From the NCBI GenBank assembly GCA_051294375.1, contig CM119264.1, positions 2,042,481-2,106,480 of the forward strand: 64,000 bases of DNA, written 5' to 3'. Position numbers and translations under genes: made by a program. Positions 27,301 to 41,552 of the stretch are shown piece after piece; within the stretch, counting starts at the first letter, position 1; the number at the start of each line of letters is the position of its first letter. The notes beneath the pieces are model-generated. The model had not been told where the DNA came from and did not search any database. It was given only the letters and a program-made list of their open reading frames with translations. This DNA is from Paraspadella gotoi. Its lineage: Eukaryota; Animalia; Chaetognatha.

Positions 27301-27650
27301 NNNNNNNNNNNNNNNNNNNNNNNNNNNNNNNNNNNNNNNNNNNNNNNNNNNNNNNNNNNNNNNNNNNNNNNNNNNNNNNNNNNNNNNNNNNNNNNNNNNN
27401 NNNNNNNNNNNNNNNNNNNNNNNNNNNNNNNNNNNNNNNNNNNNNNNNNNNNNNNNNNNNNNNNNNNNNNNNNNNNNNNNNNNNNNNNNNNTTTGTGGGA
27501 AAATGTTTTACCACTTTATTGTTTCCTCCTAGTCGTCGTCGTCGTCGTCGTCGTCATCGTCGTCATCTCCGTCATACTCAGTCACAGTCGAACTCATCCG
27601 TCACCAAAAATTTCATGACGAATTCGTACTAAGATATTTAAAGTTAATAA

Positions 27651-27690
<40 letters not shown>

Positions 27691-30600
27691 TTCCGTCCGA
27701 ATTTTATTTTCTTTTTTTCATCAAAAATTCGTGTCGTTCGTCTAATTAATTTCGTTAATTTTTGTTTACATTTCTCTCTCTCTCTCTCTCTCTCCGTACG
27801 ACGACGATTACGAAACGAGGACGTAGACGGAGACGAGCCCCGACGACGGCGTCGGCGCCCGGCGGACCTGACCACACACAGCTCAGGGAGAACGGACGTG
27901 GACCGGCATTGCGGCGCTGCGGGGTTCGGCGTCGACAAGGCCGTTGAGCGGCACCGGCGAAGGAGGCCCGAGACTTCCAGTACGAGTCTTGAGAAACGAA
28001 GTTTAGACGTGGAGCGTTTGTTCTGGTCGATCTCCACGGAGACGGTTGTGGCGCTGGAGAAGGGGATTGCTGGTTTGCGAGGGATTGGGGTGAGAGGGTG
28101 GAGGGGGCTAGAGTTAGGGGTACGAGGGGTTGGCGGTCGGCGAGTGAGTAAGAGAGAGAAGATGTGACGGGGAGAGAAAAGATGGAAAATGGAGATTGAA
28201 AAATGGAAATAAGTTTCAATAATGATAGCATCTACAGGACAGGACCTATCGACGGATTGTGATGTGATTGCTCGTCTCCTTCCACAAATCACAGACCTTG
28301 CTTTAGCCTCAGAACGACACAATGAGCGACTGGAGAGACCAAGGAGGTCGAGGCCGAGATGAGGCCGAGGGATCTCGAGGAATTCTCGTAGGCATCCGAA
28401 ACTTCGAGAACAATCTTTCTTCAAAATAATTCTTGAAGTATTAAATATTGGGTAGTCGTCTGCTTTTGTCTTGACCTTGTCAACACCTTATCGTACCGTT
28501 ATATCCATGCCATCCATCCAATCCATCCATGCCATCATCCATCGCATGCCATCCATCCAATGCCATCCATCCATCCTCCATTCCATCCAATCCATCCATC
28601 TTACCCGATCCAGTTCGAATCTTTAATAGCTTACCAGCACTTGATTTTCTTGTCCTGTCTTCAAAGCGAATCATTCCGGATGAACAAAGTCTTCAGTGTT
28701 GTTTCTCGAACCGGCAACCACGAGCCGGTATGGGGCGCTGCGGCGCGGGGGTTGTCGTTGACGTTCGACGAACGGTAAAGTGGCGGCGGGTCGACGTGCG
28801 AAGATGGCGTGGCGGCGTCGTCGGACGACGCGGACTTTGCAGACGAAGGCCACATCGAGTCAAGAACGTTCCGCGTCCATTTCCTGAAGATTTGGAGGGG
28901 GGGTTTTAATTGGGATGGAGAAGAGAACAGCAATGAAGCAAGTGGTCGATAATCAATCAAATAGTATGATAATGGTTGGATGAACACACCACTAGCTTAA
29001 TCGTTAATGAAGTGAATTATTCAACTCAATTTACTGAACAATACGCATTTGTTTAGTCTTTACATCATTCAAATCATTCGGATCAATATCATCCAAAACG
29101 ATATTAGATTAATTAATTGTTGGCTTCATCAGGTCAATAATTTTTGTTTTCTCGATTCACATGAATTTTTTAATAAGATAACAGGCCTTTATGAACAACA
29201 TTTCATACTATTCATACATCCATCCTCATCCATTCCATCCATCCATGTCCATCCGTCCCTTCACCTTAGTCCAGCCATATCTCTCCCTTCGCCATCACCG
29301 GCTGAATGAAGCACGTCCTCAGACTAGTGCCGCCTCCGGTTCGAAAGATCATGCTTCCCAAGACTCGTCGTTCCGGATCTTCGCAGTTGAAGCGGCACTG
29401 GGTCGACGGCGTCTGGAGGGGCGACTTGAGCGAGGTGTGCTCGGGGAATCTCGCAGTGGAGCCGTCGGAGGCGCAGGTGGGGCGGGTTGTCCGTTGAAGG
29501 TCGGCGCTGTTGACGCGGACAACGGGCCAGAGTTTCGAGGGGAGGTGTGCCCTGGAGTGAGGGGTTGGAGAAAAGGACGTTGATGACTGATTGACTTGAT
29601 GTTTTACTTGGTGCAAGGGGAGGATTTATATTGTATATCGACATCCTAATACGTATAAATAATTTACTAAGATTGTTTGATATTGATTGATTTTTGCATT
29701 CGAGTGCATCGAGAGAATGGATGTTAGAATGTAAATAGTAAGCACATTTAATATTGTATTTGTTATAATGCACGTTTTCTAATTATGAATTTTTGTTGAT
29801 GACAGTAGAAATTGGTAATCCTCTCGTACTTCGGAACACGTGATTGCAGGATGTGACATTGTCAAGACATTGACTTGTTACAACATTGACATTGTGCCAG
29901 AATATTGGAACATTGGTCAAAACATTGACATTGTCAACACATTGACAGTTGTAAAACCCGTCCGCCCTCAAGAGAAAATCTCTCACTTTATCCTTCGCTT
30001 GTGGACGCTGACGTTGTTTAAAAGGCGGAACTCTTCCTCTATCGAAAGTTGTTGAAAGACTCTCCAAGTTCCGTCTGCGCGTTGAGCTTGAAGGCGGCCT
30101 CATCGGCGTCGCCCTTCGCTCCAACAGAACCGATTCCAACTCGAACTCGACCTCAGCGTTGACGCCTTCGTCTAACTGTCGCTCGCCTTCAGTTGAGGAT
30201 GAATGAAGCGAGGCGCGTTTCTCTTCCAATTGTCCTGAGGTACAGAGAGGGATTCGGGGGTGTGGGGCGGTTGGAGGTGGGGAGTGGGTTTAGTTGTTAG
30301 GGGATGGGATGGGTGGTCGTGTAATTGTGGCGAGTTGTGTGGGGGGGGGAAAGCTGGAGAGAGGGGTAAGAGGTGAGTGAGAAAAGAGATATTTTTTTGG
30401 GAATAACAATTGATTAAACCTGTTATACCCTGTTTTAACTTTAATATCGTAACAATTTGATTCTAACTATCAATGCTTGAAAAAACTACCTTTGTTAGGG
30501 TTATTAGTTATAAATGAGAACAACTGCTGAATTGGGGTTTTTTTGTTATTTTTATTGAAGATGTTTCTAATGATATCAACTTTGTTGCTAGAAAGATTGA

Positions 30601-32569
30601 GAGAAGAACAGATGTATTAAGATAAAAAGGAGTAAAGTAAAACGAAAAAAGGATATAACATTAAGAATTATAATAAGAAAACTGGGTCAGCGGATATTTT
30701 ATTTTAATGAAAACTCGAATTCTATAAGTTAGAAGAAAACGTTGTAGAAATTGAACCGATGTGAAGTTAGGATGCTTGGATAATCTTTCTGAGATCTTAT
30801 TAAAGGAAAAGGATTATCGATATGGATTAATTTAATAGGATTTTTAATCTTTTGACTAATTGTGGCGTCTTTCGGAAAGAAAAGAATTGTCAATGCCGAT
30901 TAAAAAAATTTGAAATTGTACGATGAAAGAAAAAGTATAAATTTGGACGTGTTTTATCAACTTTTCGAGTGGAAAACTAAGATTTTTCGAGTTGAATCAA
31001 CATCTTGATTTTTATTCGATATTCGCTAGGAATTTTTCTGTATTTTTGCAGATTAAATTTTTTGTGTTCTGTTTTAGAAACGAAATAGTATATTTAAATG
31101 GTTAACTAACAACGACATAGAATACAATGGGTAATTTCTGTTAATAACCTTATTCTCAATTCACATGCTCCAAGTAAATGCCCGTTTTGTGCAATTCGTT
31201 GCTAATGTAAACTTTTTATTTTAATGTCCCTTTCAAGAGTCCTTTACACAATTACCTCATCAAAAATATTAGAGAAAAAAAAATACAACGACAAGTTTTT
31301 GCCTCTTTCATTTAGACTCGAACTTTTTCATAAATCATAAGAAAAACGAAAAAACAATAAATCGTCTTATTCTCGCTAATTAGACCGAGACCGGTATAAC
31401 TCTCTCTCCTCTCGTCATCTTTGCTCCTTCTCTCTATCATTCTATCTCTCAAACGGAGCGTGACTCGAGAGAAAAGAAACTCAATAAAAGTTAAACTTGT
31501 TACAAAAATTAAAATGTTTTCTTTGTGTTTAATTACTCTCTCTCCTCTCAGATCCTTCTCCTCTCTCGCGCTCTGTCTCTCTCTCTCTCATCTCTTACTT
31601 CCATTACATATCCATTCCATTGCCCTATCACCTCTCCTCCGCCGGGTCACAATGTCCGAGAGAGAGAGAGAAGAGAGAGAGACATACCTTAATTCTTCTA
31701 TATCGAATTTATTTTTGATCGAAAACTTTGGCTAAAAATGCGGACAATAACGATTTGTGATTTATGAAAGCAGAGACCTTCCGCTGTCCCGTCGGTAGTA
31801 CTACAAGCGTCTTAGTGTTTTAATCAATAATTTTATTATTCATCTTTCTAGTTACTAATTAACATTTAACCCCTTTTATTTTCAACATTGAAGACTCGAG
31901 AAGGGATCGAAATTGCGGCGGGTTGTCGTTAGTCGGTTCCTCGATCTCAATGAATAATATCGAAGAGATCTCGTGCACAACTTTCGTTTTTTTATTTACC
32001 CTAAAAGAAAAAAAGGAAAAATAGAAAAATGAACAGGAATGTCGGCGGCGCCTCTCTCTTTTCCTATGACGCATTGATACAAAATAAAATAAACAAATGC
32101 TTTGGAGTCAGGACAGTCTTTTAAATTTGACCCCTGAAAAAAAGAGGCCCTATTTCAACTTACCTTCAATTAATTATTTTTAAGTTTTACAAATTAAGGT
32201 AAATGATTAGTGATTAGGGTTAGGGTGTAGGATTAGAAGGATAAGGTTTGTATTAAGGTTACAGGATATGTTATAGATTAAGGAAATAGGGTTAAAATAT
32301 TAGAGAGTTATAAATTTGGTTAAAAATTTTGGTTTAATATTGAATTAAAAATAACCTTTAAAATTAAGGAAATTGAAATGGGGCGATTTTGGAAAATAAA
32401 GCCGAAACGAAACGTTACAAAGAGGAAACTTTTGAGGTCACGGCCTTGTTTTGTATTTAATAGATAATAAAACAGAATGACGCACCGGATCGTAAGTCAC
32501 GCCTTTTATATTTTAAATGAAAAATGAAACATAACAAATAACGAGGTCGCCGAACATAATCATAAACCA

Positions 32570-33165
32570 CGAAGACCACAAGGCCACGAGGACCAACAGA
32601 TCTCAAAAGGCCACAAAGACCAAACGAAAAAGAAACACAAAGCCACAAACGACCACAAAGGCCACAAAGACTACAAAGACCAGTGTAGACCACAAAGGCC
32701 ACAAAGGGCCACAGACCATGTTGACCCAAAGGCACAAAGCCCAATAAGGACCCAAGACCACAACAGATCACAAACGACCAAAAGGCCACAAGACCACAAA
32801 AGGCCGCAAAGACCACAGGCCACAAAGGCCACAAAGGCCACAAAGACCACAAAGACGCACAAAGGACACAAAGACACAAAGGCCACAAAAGGCCAAAAGG
32901 CCGCAAAGACCACAAAGACTACAAAAGAGCCACAAATACCACACAAGATCCAAGACCATGTCGACCCACAAAGGCCAAAACAAGGCCACAAAGATCACAA
33001 AGGCACAAGGCAACAAAGGCCACAAGGCACAAAGGCCAAAGACTACAAAGACCACAAAGGCCGCAAAGACCGCAAAGACCACAAGGTCCGGCAAAAGACC
33101 GCAAAGACCCACAATGCCACGAAAGGCCACAAAGACCAACAAAGACCACAAAAGGCCCGAAGACC
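32570..33165. repeat. 9-bp minisatellite (GGCCACAAA/GACCACAAA), inverted copy of 39990-40885
   Basis: Tandem units visible directly. Confidence 0.9.
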
Positions 33166-33182
33166 ACATCCCTCCTCTCAAC

Positions 33183-33272
33183 CAATGACGTCGATCTCAA
33201 AGGATTTCCATCCGGCTTATCTGTCCACAGGTTTAGTCGCCGTCGACCCGTCGTGACCCGCGTCGATCGTTT
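33183..33272 (-). CDS. Cadherin exon 2 (EC1 middle, ETIDAGH...ATKPVDR*AGWKSFEIDVI), seen only in the noisy inverted copy
   Basis: C-rich tract plus cag acceptor; DRE-like motif with an in-frame TAA, probably a read error for GAA; lies between the copies of exons 1 and 3. Confidence 0.6.
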
Positions 33273-36200
33273 CTGTGGGGGGGGGTGGGGGTAGATGGTA
33301 GGTGGGGGGGAGAAAATGATGAGTGGGTGGGGGTCAAAGGTGGGCGGAGATGAAAGAAAACGTTTGATTTGAAGTTTTCACGAGACTTTAAACAATAAAA
33401 CAAATGGAGGCCTTAAAAAAATTCATTTGCGTTTTGCCGTATTGACGAAGGTTGTTAATTCTACTAATGTTTTGTCATTTTTGCCATTTTTAACCTATTA
33501 CATTACTATAAAACTATTAACTAATTACGCTGACAATTAACGTTTAATATTAAGTATATGTCAATTTTTTTTTTTTTTTATTAATATAGTTCAAGAAGTC
33601 GAGCGAAACGATTTTCCTAACCTTTTAAAATGTGACAATCGCTTCTTGAAAACTGGTCAGGCTCTCCTTTCCATAAATTCATTCAGGGTAACGAAACCAA
33701 CTCGACCCTCAACCTCCAATCCCTGGCCCGCAGTCAGCCCAATCACCTCCCCCATCCCTGCTGCCCCAACCAATCCCTTCCTCTCCATCCCTGCCCCCAC
33801 CCGCGCTCCTCTTCTTCACCCCTACGCAACGAATCCCTCCGGATAAGTCGCCTTTCGTTCATGATTGTGAAGTCGATGTGCATCTCTTTGTCGTGGATCT
33901 TGTCCAGACACCGCTCCGTTCGCAACTTGTAAGATCTTCCGCGGGATGAGAGAGAAAATCCTTCTACCCCGCAACATGATGGTGTGGATGACAGGACGAA
34001 AGGTTCCAGGCCCTTCTTGCCTTTTCTGTCTGATGTGGTTGAGTGGGGTTGATGGGGTAGTTGTTGTCGATCGCTGGAGGTGAGCAGCGTCTGTGTCGCC
34101 GAGGATCCGGGTCGAGGGACGATAGTCGTCGTCGTCGTACGTCGTCGTCATGGTTACGGCAAAACAACAGCGTCAATTTCCTGGTGAGGGACGGGCCGCC
34201 GCGATTATCGTTGGCGACCGGGGGATTGGCGCCGCATCGACCGGCGACCGGATCGACTTTTTGCGATTTAAAAAGAGATTTGTGAGTTGGACAGTTTGTT
34301 TGTTTGTTTGTTTTGTTTTTCTTGAGTATTTTTGGTTGTTTTGTTTTGTTGTAATGTTTAAAAATATTAGTGCAATGGAATCGAAATTTTTTGGGGGATA
34401 TCGATTTAGGGCAAACAAGAAAAGGACGACACGATTGGAAAACTTAGTTAAATCCGAATAAAAAATTCGATGGCGTCAAAAAAAGGTTAAGAATTGGCGA
34501 AACATGAAAATTCGAATATTCCGAGCGTTCGCGAATAACGTTTTTAAAAAGTAGAATTCGTTATCTCGAGCTGGCAAGGAAAGAAAGAAAAAGAAATTGC
34601 GGCGTAAATCGAGAAATCTTCGTTAAAATCGAGTCGTACGTACGATCGGTATTTCGTCTTGTTAAATTCCCCGATTCAACGAAGTGATTTCTCTCTCGTC
34701 TTTTTTATTTTTTTCTCCGGTCGACGTAACGACGGCGGATTTCGGGATGGATTGACCGTGGATTGTTTTAGAGTCTGTTGTTTTTTGAATTTCGCGCGGC
34801 GGCGGCGCTGATGCGTGCGGACGCGGAGGTCTTCCTTTCAACATCGGCGTCGAACGAGGCGCGGGCAGGGTGAGGGGGGGGACGAAGACTAGGGGGGGGG
34901 GAACGGATGAGAGAGCCCAAAAAAAGATTGAGACTTTGCGAAAGGTGGCCGGTGTTGTTGTTGTTGTCTGTGTTGTTGTTGTTGACGTTGTTTTGGCGTC
35001 ATGAATTCTCCGGAGAGGACTTCGTCTGTCTTCGTTGACTTTCTGAATAAACAGGAACAAAAATGGTTTGAATTAGAAAGAGGGAAGAAAATGAATCTAA
35101 GATTTTATTAACATTATATGGAGCAACTAGTTAAAAAAAAAATCATGTAGGTAGAAATAAATTTGAACTTATATGGTGTACTATAAATGATAAAATAAAA
35201 AGAACCTACGATGAATTAAAGAATTGATGGTGAAGATCGATCTGAAGTAGAGGAAAAGAAAAGAAGAGAAAAAGAAAAGAAAAGAAAAGAAAAGAAAGAA
35301 AAGAAAAGAAAAGAAAAGAAAAGAAAGAAAAGAAAAGTAGAAAAGTAAAGTAAAGTAAGTAAAGTAAAGTAAACGTAACATAAAGTAAAGGAAATAAAAG
35401 AAGAAGAAAGAAAAGAAAAGAAAAGAAAAAAAAAGAAGAAAAGATTCAAAATCGCGGATTTCTCGCGAAGACACAAAAGGTTAAAGGGGTGAGGCTGTTG
35501 AACAAGGGGTGAGAGAGAGAGAGGACGGAGAGAGAGAAGGAGAGAGAAGAGAGAAGAGAGAGAGAGAAGAGAGAGAGAAGAGAGAGAGAAAAGGGGACAA
35601 ACTATGTGAGCGTGAAGCATTTCACTCATCCGTGATATTTCGGAGTCAAGTTAGGAATTTCTTTCTCTCGAGTGATTTGAGTTGATTGATTGATAGATTG
35701 ATTGAATAGACTGATTTCAGAGAGTCTGATCGGGCTTTTTGACTGATGATCGCGTCATCATTTTTTGGGGTGCAAGTGAAATTTGAAAAAAAACTGGAAT
35801 TTTGTCTTGGCCTCTTTGTATTGTTGGTTTTATCTCTCCTCCTCTCTCAATCTCCTCTCTGTCCTCTGTCTCCTGTCTCACTATCTTGCCCCCGGGGAAG
35901 AATACTACAGGGGGTGAGATAGTACGTCCCTGGGTTGAGCCAAAGAGGGTAAGGTGTGGAACTGGACAGAAAGATGTGACGGAGAGGGAGAGAGAAGAGA
36001 ATGGTAGATAAGAAGATTTATCAAATGTAAACGATAGGCCAACATTTTCCTTGTCCTTTCTTTTCTTTCTTTTCTTTCTTTTTCTTTCTTCTTTGTCATT
36101 TCTTCTTTTCTTTCTTTCTTTCCCTTCTTTTCGTTTCTCCATTTGCTTTCTTTTTTTCCCATGATATCTTTTATCTTATTTATTTCAACAAAATTCCAAA

Positions 36201-37592
36201 GGTATTGCCAACTGTTTCGAGGTAACCGACCTTTTTCAACACACCGTACATCTCTCATCTCTCTCTCTCTCTTTCTCCTCCTCTCGTCTTCTCTCTTCAT
36301 CTTCTCTCTCTCCTCTCTCCTTCTCTCTCTCCTCTTTTCTTTCNNNNNNNNNNNNNNNNNNNNNNNNNCCCTCGCGCCATCTTCCGTCCGAACGAAGTAA
36401 ACAGGGCATCTTTGTTTTCGTAAGCGACATCTATCGTCGTCTTTCTCTTTGATCGCCGTCGTCGTTGTCGTTGTTGTTGTTGTTGTTGTCATCGCCGCCT
36501 CCGCCGACGCATCCGCCGACGCAGCCGCCGCCGCTCGACCGCCGCCTCAGTTGTCCCCGGGTCAAAAACTTTTCTTTTGATCTTCGCCTCGAAATTAAAA
36601 ATGACTTTTGGCGAAAACAAATTAAATTTCGCCTCAAATCGGATTAAACTGACGGAATTCTAGTTAATCCTGAAAAACTCTCTCTCTCTCTCTTTATCTC
36701 AATTTCTTTCTTTCTCTCTCTCTCTCCCTCTCTTTAATATAAAAACGATTCCTCGTAACTTTTGCTTCATCGTTTCTCTTCAATTCGTGCGTAAAATCAT
36801 AATCGCGAAAAATTAAAAAACAAAAATTCCGGCGAGCGGGATTCGATCTCGGGACCCGTCGATCCGATTCTCGGTCTTTGGCGCGAAAAGTGACGCTGGA
36901 GGCGTCGGAGAATGAAAAGTTGAGAAGAAAATGAATTTGATGATAATTTACATTTTGTGTAATGATTTCATGTCATGATTCTTACGAAGAGAAGCGAGAT
37001 GTTACTCTTTTTTGTCTACTTTTATACATTGGCATAAGACCATTTCAATCAGTTACTTTAAATACTGTTTTTCTATTATCTCACTTGATTACATATTCCC
37101 TAAGATAGAATACAGACTACTATCTGTTAGTTATAATTACATTTCTGAACTAACCCTGATTAATACAACTAAGTACTTATCCCTAATTTAACCCCTTTGT
37201 CGTAAGCCTCACCCCCACTGAACTCTCTCTCTTTCTCTCTCTCTCTCTCTATCTCTCTCTTTNNNNNNNNNNNNNNNNNNNNNNNNNNNNNNNNNNNNNN
37301 NNNNNNNNNNNNNNNNNNNNNNNNNNNNNNNNNNNNNNNNNNNNNNNNNNNNNNNNNNNNNNNNNNNNNNNNNNNNNNNNNNNNNNNNNNNNNNNNNNNN
37401 NNNNNNNNNNNNNNNNNNNNNNNNNNNNNNNNNNNNNNNNNNNNNNNNNNNNNNNNNNNNNNNNNNNNNNNNNNNNNNNNNNNNNNNNNNNNNNNNNNNN
37501 NNNNNNNNNNACGGTGTTGAAGGTCGGTTACTTCGAAAACATTGGCAAACCTTGGAATTTTGTGAAATAAATAAGATAAAGATATCATGAAA

Positions 37593-37680
<88 letters not shown>

Positions 37681-38087
37681 AAATGTTGGCCTCTTTTACA
37701 TTTGATAATCTTCTTTCTACTTCTCTTCTCCTCTTCCTCCTCCTCAAATTCTTTCTGTTCCAGTTCCACCCTTCCCTCTTTGGCTCAACCCCAGGGACGT
37801 CTCACCCCCTTAGTATTCTCCCCGGGGGCAGAGAGTGAGACAGAGACAGAGACAGAGAGAGAGAGAGAGAGAGAGATAAAACCAAAACAAAGAGGCCAAG
37901 AAAAATTCCTCAATTTTCACTGACCCCAAAAATGATGACGCGATCATCAGTCAAAAAGGATCAGACTCTTGAAATCAGTCTATTCATCAATCTATCAATC
38001 AATCAATCAATCACTCGAGAGAAGAAATTCCTAACTTGATCGATTATCACGGATGAGTGAAATGCTTCACGCTCACATAGTTTGTCC

Positions 38088-38124
<37 letters not shown>

Positions 38125-38478
38125 NNNNNNNNNNNNNNNNNNNNNNNNNNNNNNNNNNNNNNNNNNNNNNTTTCTTTTCTTTTCTTTTCTTTTCTTTTCT
38201 TTTCCTCTTACATTCAGATCGATCTTTCACCATTCAATTCTTTAATTCATCTTAGGTTCTTTTTATTTATCCTTTATATACACATGATAAGTCAAATTTA
38301 TTTTCTACCTACATTGATTTTTTTTTAACTTAGTTGCTATAATGTAATCAAAATCTTAGATTCATTTTCTTCCCCTCTTTCTAATTCAAACCCATTTTTG
38401 TTCTTTTATTCAGAAAGTCAACGAAGACAGACGAAAGTCCTCCTGCGGAGAAAATTCATTGACGCCAACAACGTCAAC

Positions 38479-38512
<34 letters not shown>

Positions 38513-39093
38513 ANNNNNNNNNNNNNNNNNNNNNNNNNNNNNNNNNNNNNNNNNNNNNNNNNNNNNNNNNNNNNNNNNNNNNNNNNNNNNNNNNNNNNNN
38601 NNNNNNNNNNNNNCGGCGAAATTCAAAAAAACAAAGACTCTAAAAACAAAAGGTCATCCATCCCGAAATCCGCGTCGTACGTCGACCGAGAAAAAATAAA
38701 AAGAGAGAGAGAGAGAGAAATCACTTCGTTGAATCGGGGAATTTAAAAGACGAAAATACCGATCGTACGAGACTCGATTTAACGAGATTTCCGATTTACG
38801 CCGAATTTTCTTTTTCTTTTCTTTCCTTGCCAGCTCGAGATAACGAATTCTCTTTTTAAAACGTTATTCGCGAGCTCGGAATATCGAATTTTCATTTCCG
38901 CCAATTCTTAACCTTTTTTTTGACGCCATCGAATTTTTATTCGGATTTAACGAAGTTTTCCAATCGTTCGTCCTTTTTTTTTTGCAAATCGTCCCCCAAA
39001 AAATTTCGATTCCAATTGCACTAATTTTTTTAAACATTACAACAAACAAAACAACAAAAATACTCAAGAAAAACAAACAAACAAACAAACAAA

Positions 39094-39538
39094 ATGTCCA
39101 ACTCACAAAATCTCTTTAAATCGAAAAAGTCGATTTCCGGTGCCGATCGATGCGGCGCCAATCCCCGCGGCGCCAACCGAAATCGCGGCGCCGTCCTCAC
39201 CAGGAAATTGACGCTGTTGTTTTGCGTAACCATGACGACGACGACGACGACGACGACGTCCCTCGACGCCGGATCTCGCGACACAGACGCTGCTCACCTC
39301 AGCATCGACAACAACTACCCCATCAACCCCATCAACCACATCAGACAGAAAAGGCAAGAAGGGCTGGACCTCGTCTTCATCCACACCATCATGCTGCGGG
39401 AGAAGGATTTTCTCTCTCTCCCGCGGAAGATCTACAAGTGCGACGGAGCGGTGCTGGACAAGAATCACGACAAAGAGATTCACATCGACTTCACAATCAT
39501 GAACGAGAAGGGGACTTATCCGGAGGGATTCGTGCTGG
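39094..39538 (+). CDS. Classical-type cadherin exon 1: leader, short propeptide, RQKR site, start of EC1
   Basis: ATG at 39094; ...NHIRQKR|QEGLDLVFIHTIMLREKDFLSLPRKIYK...YPEGFVL; G|GTGAGG donor. The start codon is uncertain. Confidence 0.75.
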
Positions 39539-39989
39539 GTGAGGAAGAGGAGCGGGTGGGGCAGGGATGGGGGAAGGGATTGGTTGGGGAGCAGGGATGG
39601 GGGAGGTGATTGGGTGGCGGGCAGGGATTGGGAGGTTGAGGGGTCGAGTTGGTCGCTACCCTGAATGAATTTATGGAAAGGAGAGCTGACCCATTTTCAA
39701 GAAGCGATTGTCACATTTTTAAAAAAAGGTTAGGAAATCGTTTCGACTTCTTGAACTAATTAATAAAAAAAAAAAAAAAATTGACATACTTAATATTAAA
39801 ACGTTAATTGTTCAGGATAATTAGTTAATAGTTTATAGTAATGTAATAGTAAAAATGGCAAAAATGACAAAAATTAGTAGAAATTAAAATTCGTCAATAC
39901 GGCAAAACGCAAATGAATTTTTAGGCCCACCTTCCATTTGTTTAGTTTGTTTAAATTCTCGTGAAACTTCAAAAAAGAAGAGAGATTAG

Positions 39990-40885
39990 TTTTTGGCCTT
40001 TGGTGCCTTTGTGGCCTTTGTGCCTTTGTGGCGCTTTGTATCTTTGTGCTTTGTGGCCTTTGTGGTCGACATGGTCTTTGTGATCTTGTGGTATTTGTGG
40101 CTTTGTGGTCTTTTGTGTCTTTGCGGCCTTTGTGGCCTTTGTGGCCTTTGTGATCTTTGTGCTTTGTGGTCTTTGTGTGTCTTTGTGGTCCTTTGTGGCA
40201 TTCTGTGGCGCTTTGGTGGGTCTTTGGGCCTTTGTGGTCTTGTGGCCTTTTTGGTCTTTGTGATCTTTGTGGTCTTTGTGGCCTTTGTGCCTTTGTGGCC
40301 CTTTGTGGTCCAACATGGTTTTGTGCTTTGTGCCTTCCTTGTGGTCTACATGGTCTTGTANNNNNNNNNNNNNNNNNNNNNNNNNNNNNNNNNNNNNNNN
40401 NNNNNNNNNNNNNNNNNNNNNNNNNNNNNNNNNNNNNNNNNNNNNNNNNNNNNNNNNNNNNNNNNNNNNNNNNNNNNNNNNNNNNNNNNNNNNNNNNNNN
40501 NNNNNNNNNNNNNNNNNNNNNNNNNNNNNNNNNNNNNNNNNNNNNNNNNNNNNNNNNNNNNNNNNNNNNNNNNNNNNNNNNNNNNNNNNNNNNNNNNNNN
40601 NNNNNNNNNNNNNNNNNNNNNNNNNNNNNNNNNNNNNNNNNNNNNNNNNNNNNNNNNNNNNNNNNNNNNNNNNNNNNNNNNNNNNNNNNNNNNNNNNNNN
40701 NNNNNNNNNNNNNNNNNNNNNNNNNNNNNNNNNNNNNNNNNNNNNNNNNNNNNNNNNNNNNNNNNNNNNNNNNNNNNNNNNNNNNNNNNNNNNNNNTTTG
40801 TGGTCTTTGTGGCCTTTGTGTTCTTCGTGGTCTTTGTGGCCTTTGAGATCTTTGTGGTCCTCGTGGCCTTTGTGGTCTTCGTGGT
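39990..40885. repeat. 9-bp minisatellite (TTTGTGGCC/TTTGTGGTC), intronic, interrupted by a gap
   Basis: Tandem units; explains the 'LCGLCG' ORFs. Confidence 0.92.
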
Positions 40886-41449
40886 TATGATTATGTTCGG
40901 CGACGCCTGTTATTTGTTATTGTTTTCATTTTTTCAGTTTAAATAGTAAAGGGCGTGACTTACGTCCGTCGTTCATTTGTTTTATTATCTATTAAATAAA
41001 AACAAGGCGGTGACCTCAAAACGTTTCCTCTTTGTAACGTTTCGTTTCGGCTTTATTTTCCAAAATCGCCCCATTTCAATTTCCTTAATTTTAAAGTTAT
41101 TTTTAATTTTAATATTAAACCAAAATTTTTAACCAAATTTATAATCTAATATTTAACCCTATTTCCTTAATCCTTAACCATAATCCTTAACCTTAATACA
41201 AACCTTATCCTTTAATCCTACACCCTAACCCTATCACTAATCATTTACTTAATTTTAAAACCTAAAAATAATTTAATTTTGAAGGTAAGTTGAAATAGGG
41301 CCTTTTTCTTTCAGGGTCAAATTAAAAAGATGTCCTGACTCCAAATCATTTGTTTTATTTTTATTTTAGTATCAATGGTCAAGGAAAGAGAGAGGTCGCC
41401 GCCGACATCCGTTGTTCATTTGTTCTATTTTCCTTTTTTTTCTTTTTAG

Positions 41450-41552
41450 GGTCAAATAAAAAACGAAGTTGTGCACGAGATTCTTCGAATTATCATTGAG
41501 ATCGAGGACGACAACGACAACCCGCCGCAATTCGATCCCTCGAGTCTTCAAG
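41450..41552 (+). CDS. Cadherin exon 3 (end of EC1, IEIEDDNDNPPQF)
   Basis: tttttag acceptor; DxNDNxP Ca2+-binding linker; G|GTGAAA donor. Confidence 0.88.

Larger units (their letters stand above)
27796..36247 (-). pseudogene. Inverted, frameshift-ridden copy of ~37511-45510 (cadherin exons 1-7 with introns); artefact or pseudogene
   Basis: Reverse complement matches the cadherin exons (EGVNAEVEFELES, PEHTSLKSPL, NDNPPQF) and introns; dense single-base indels; both ends lie in (CT)n tracts. Confidence 0.8.

Noticed and set aside
27796-34290. Second functional cadherin paralogue or protocadherin-like cluster
   Set aside because: Introns match the forward gene, every exon copy carries frameshifts or a stop, and the copy breaks off in the TM exon.
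39993-40946. Cys-rich 'LCGLCG' and His/Lys-rich ORFs (also 32457-33200)
   Set aside because: Translations of an intronic 9-bp minisatellite, open in several frames on both strands.
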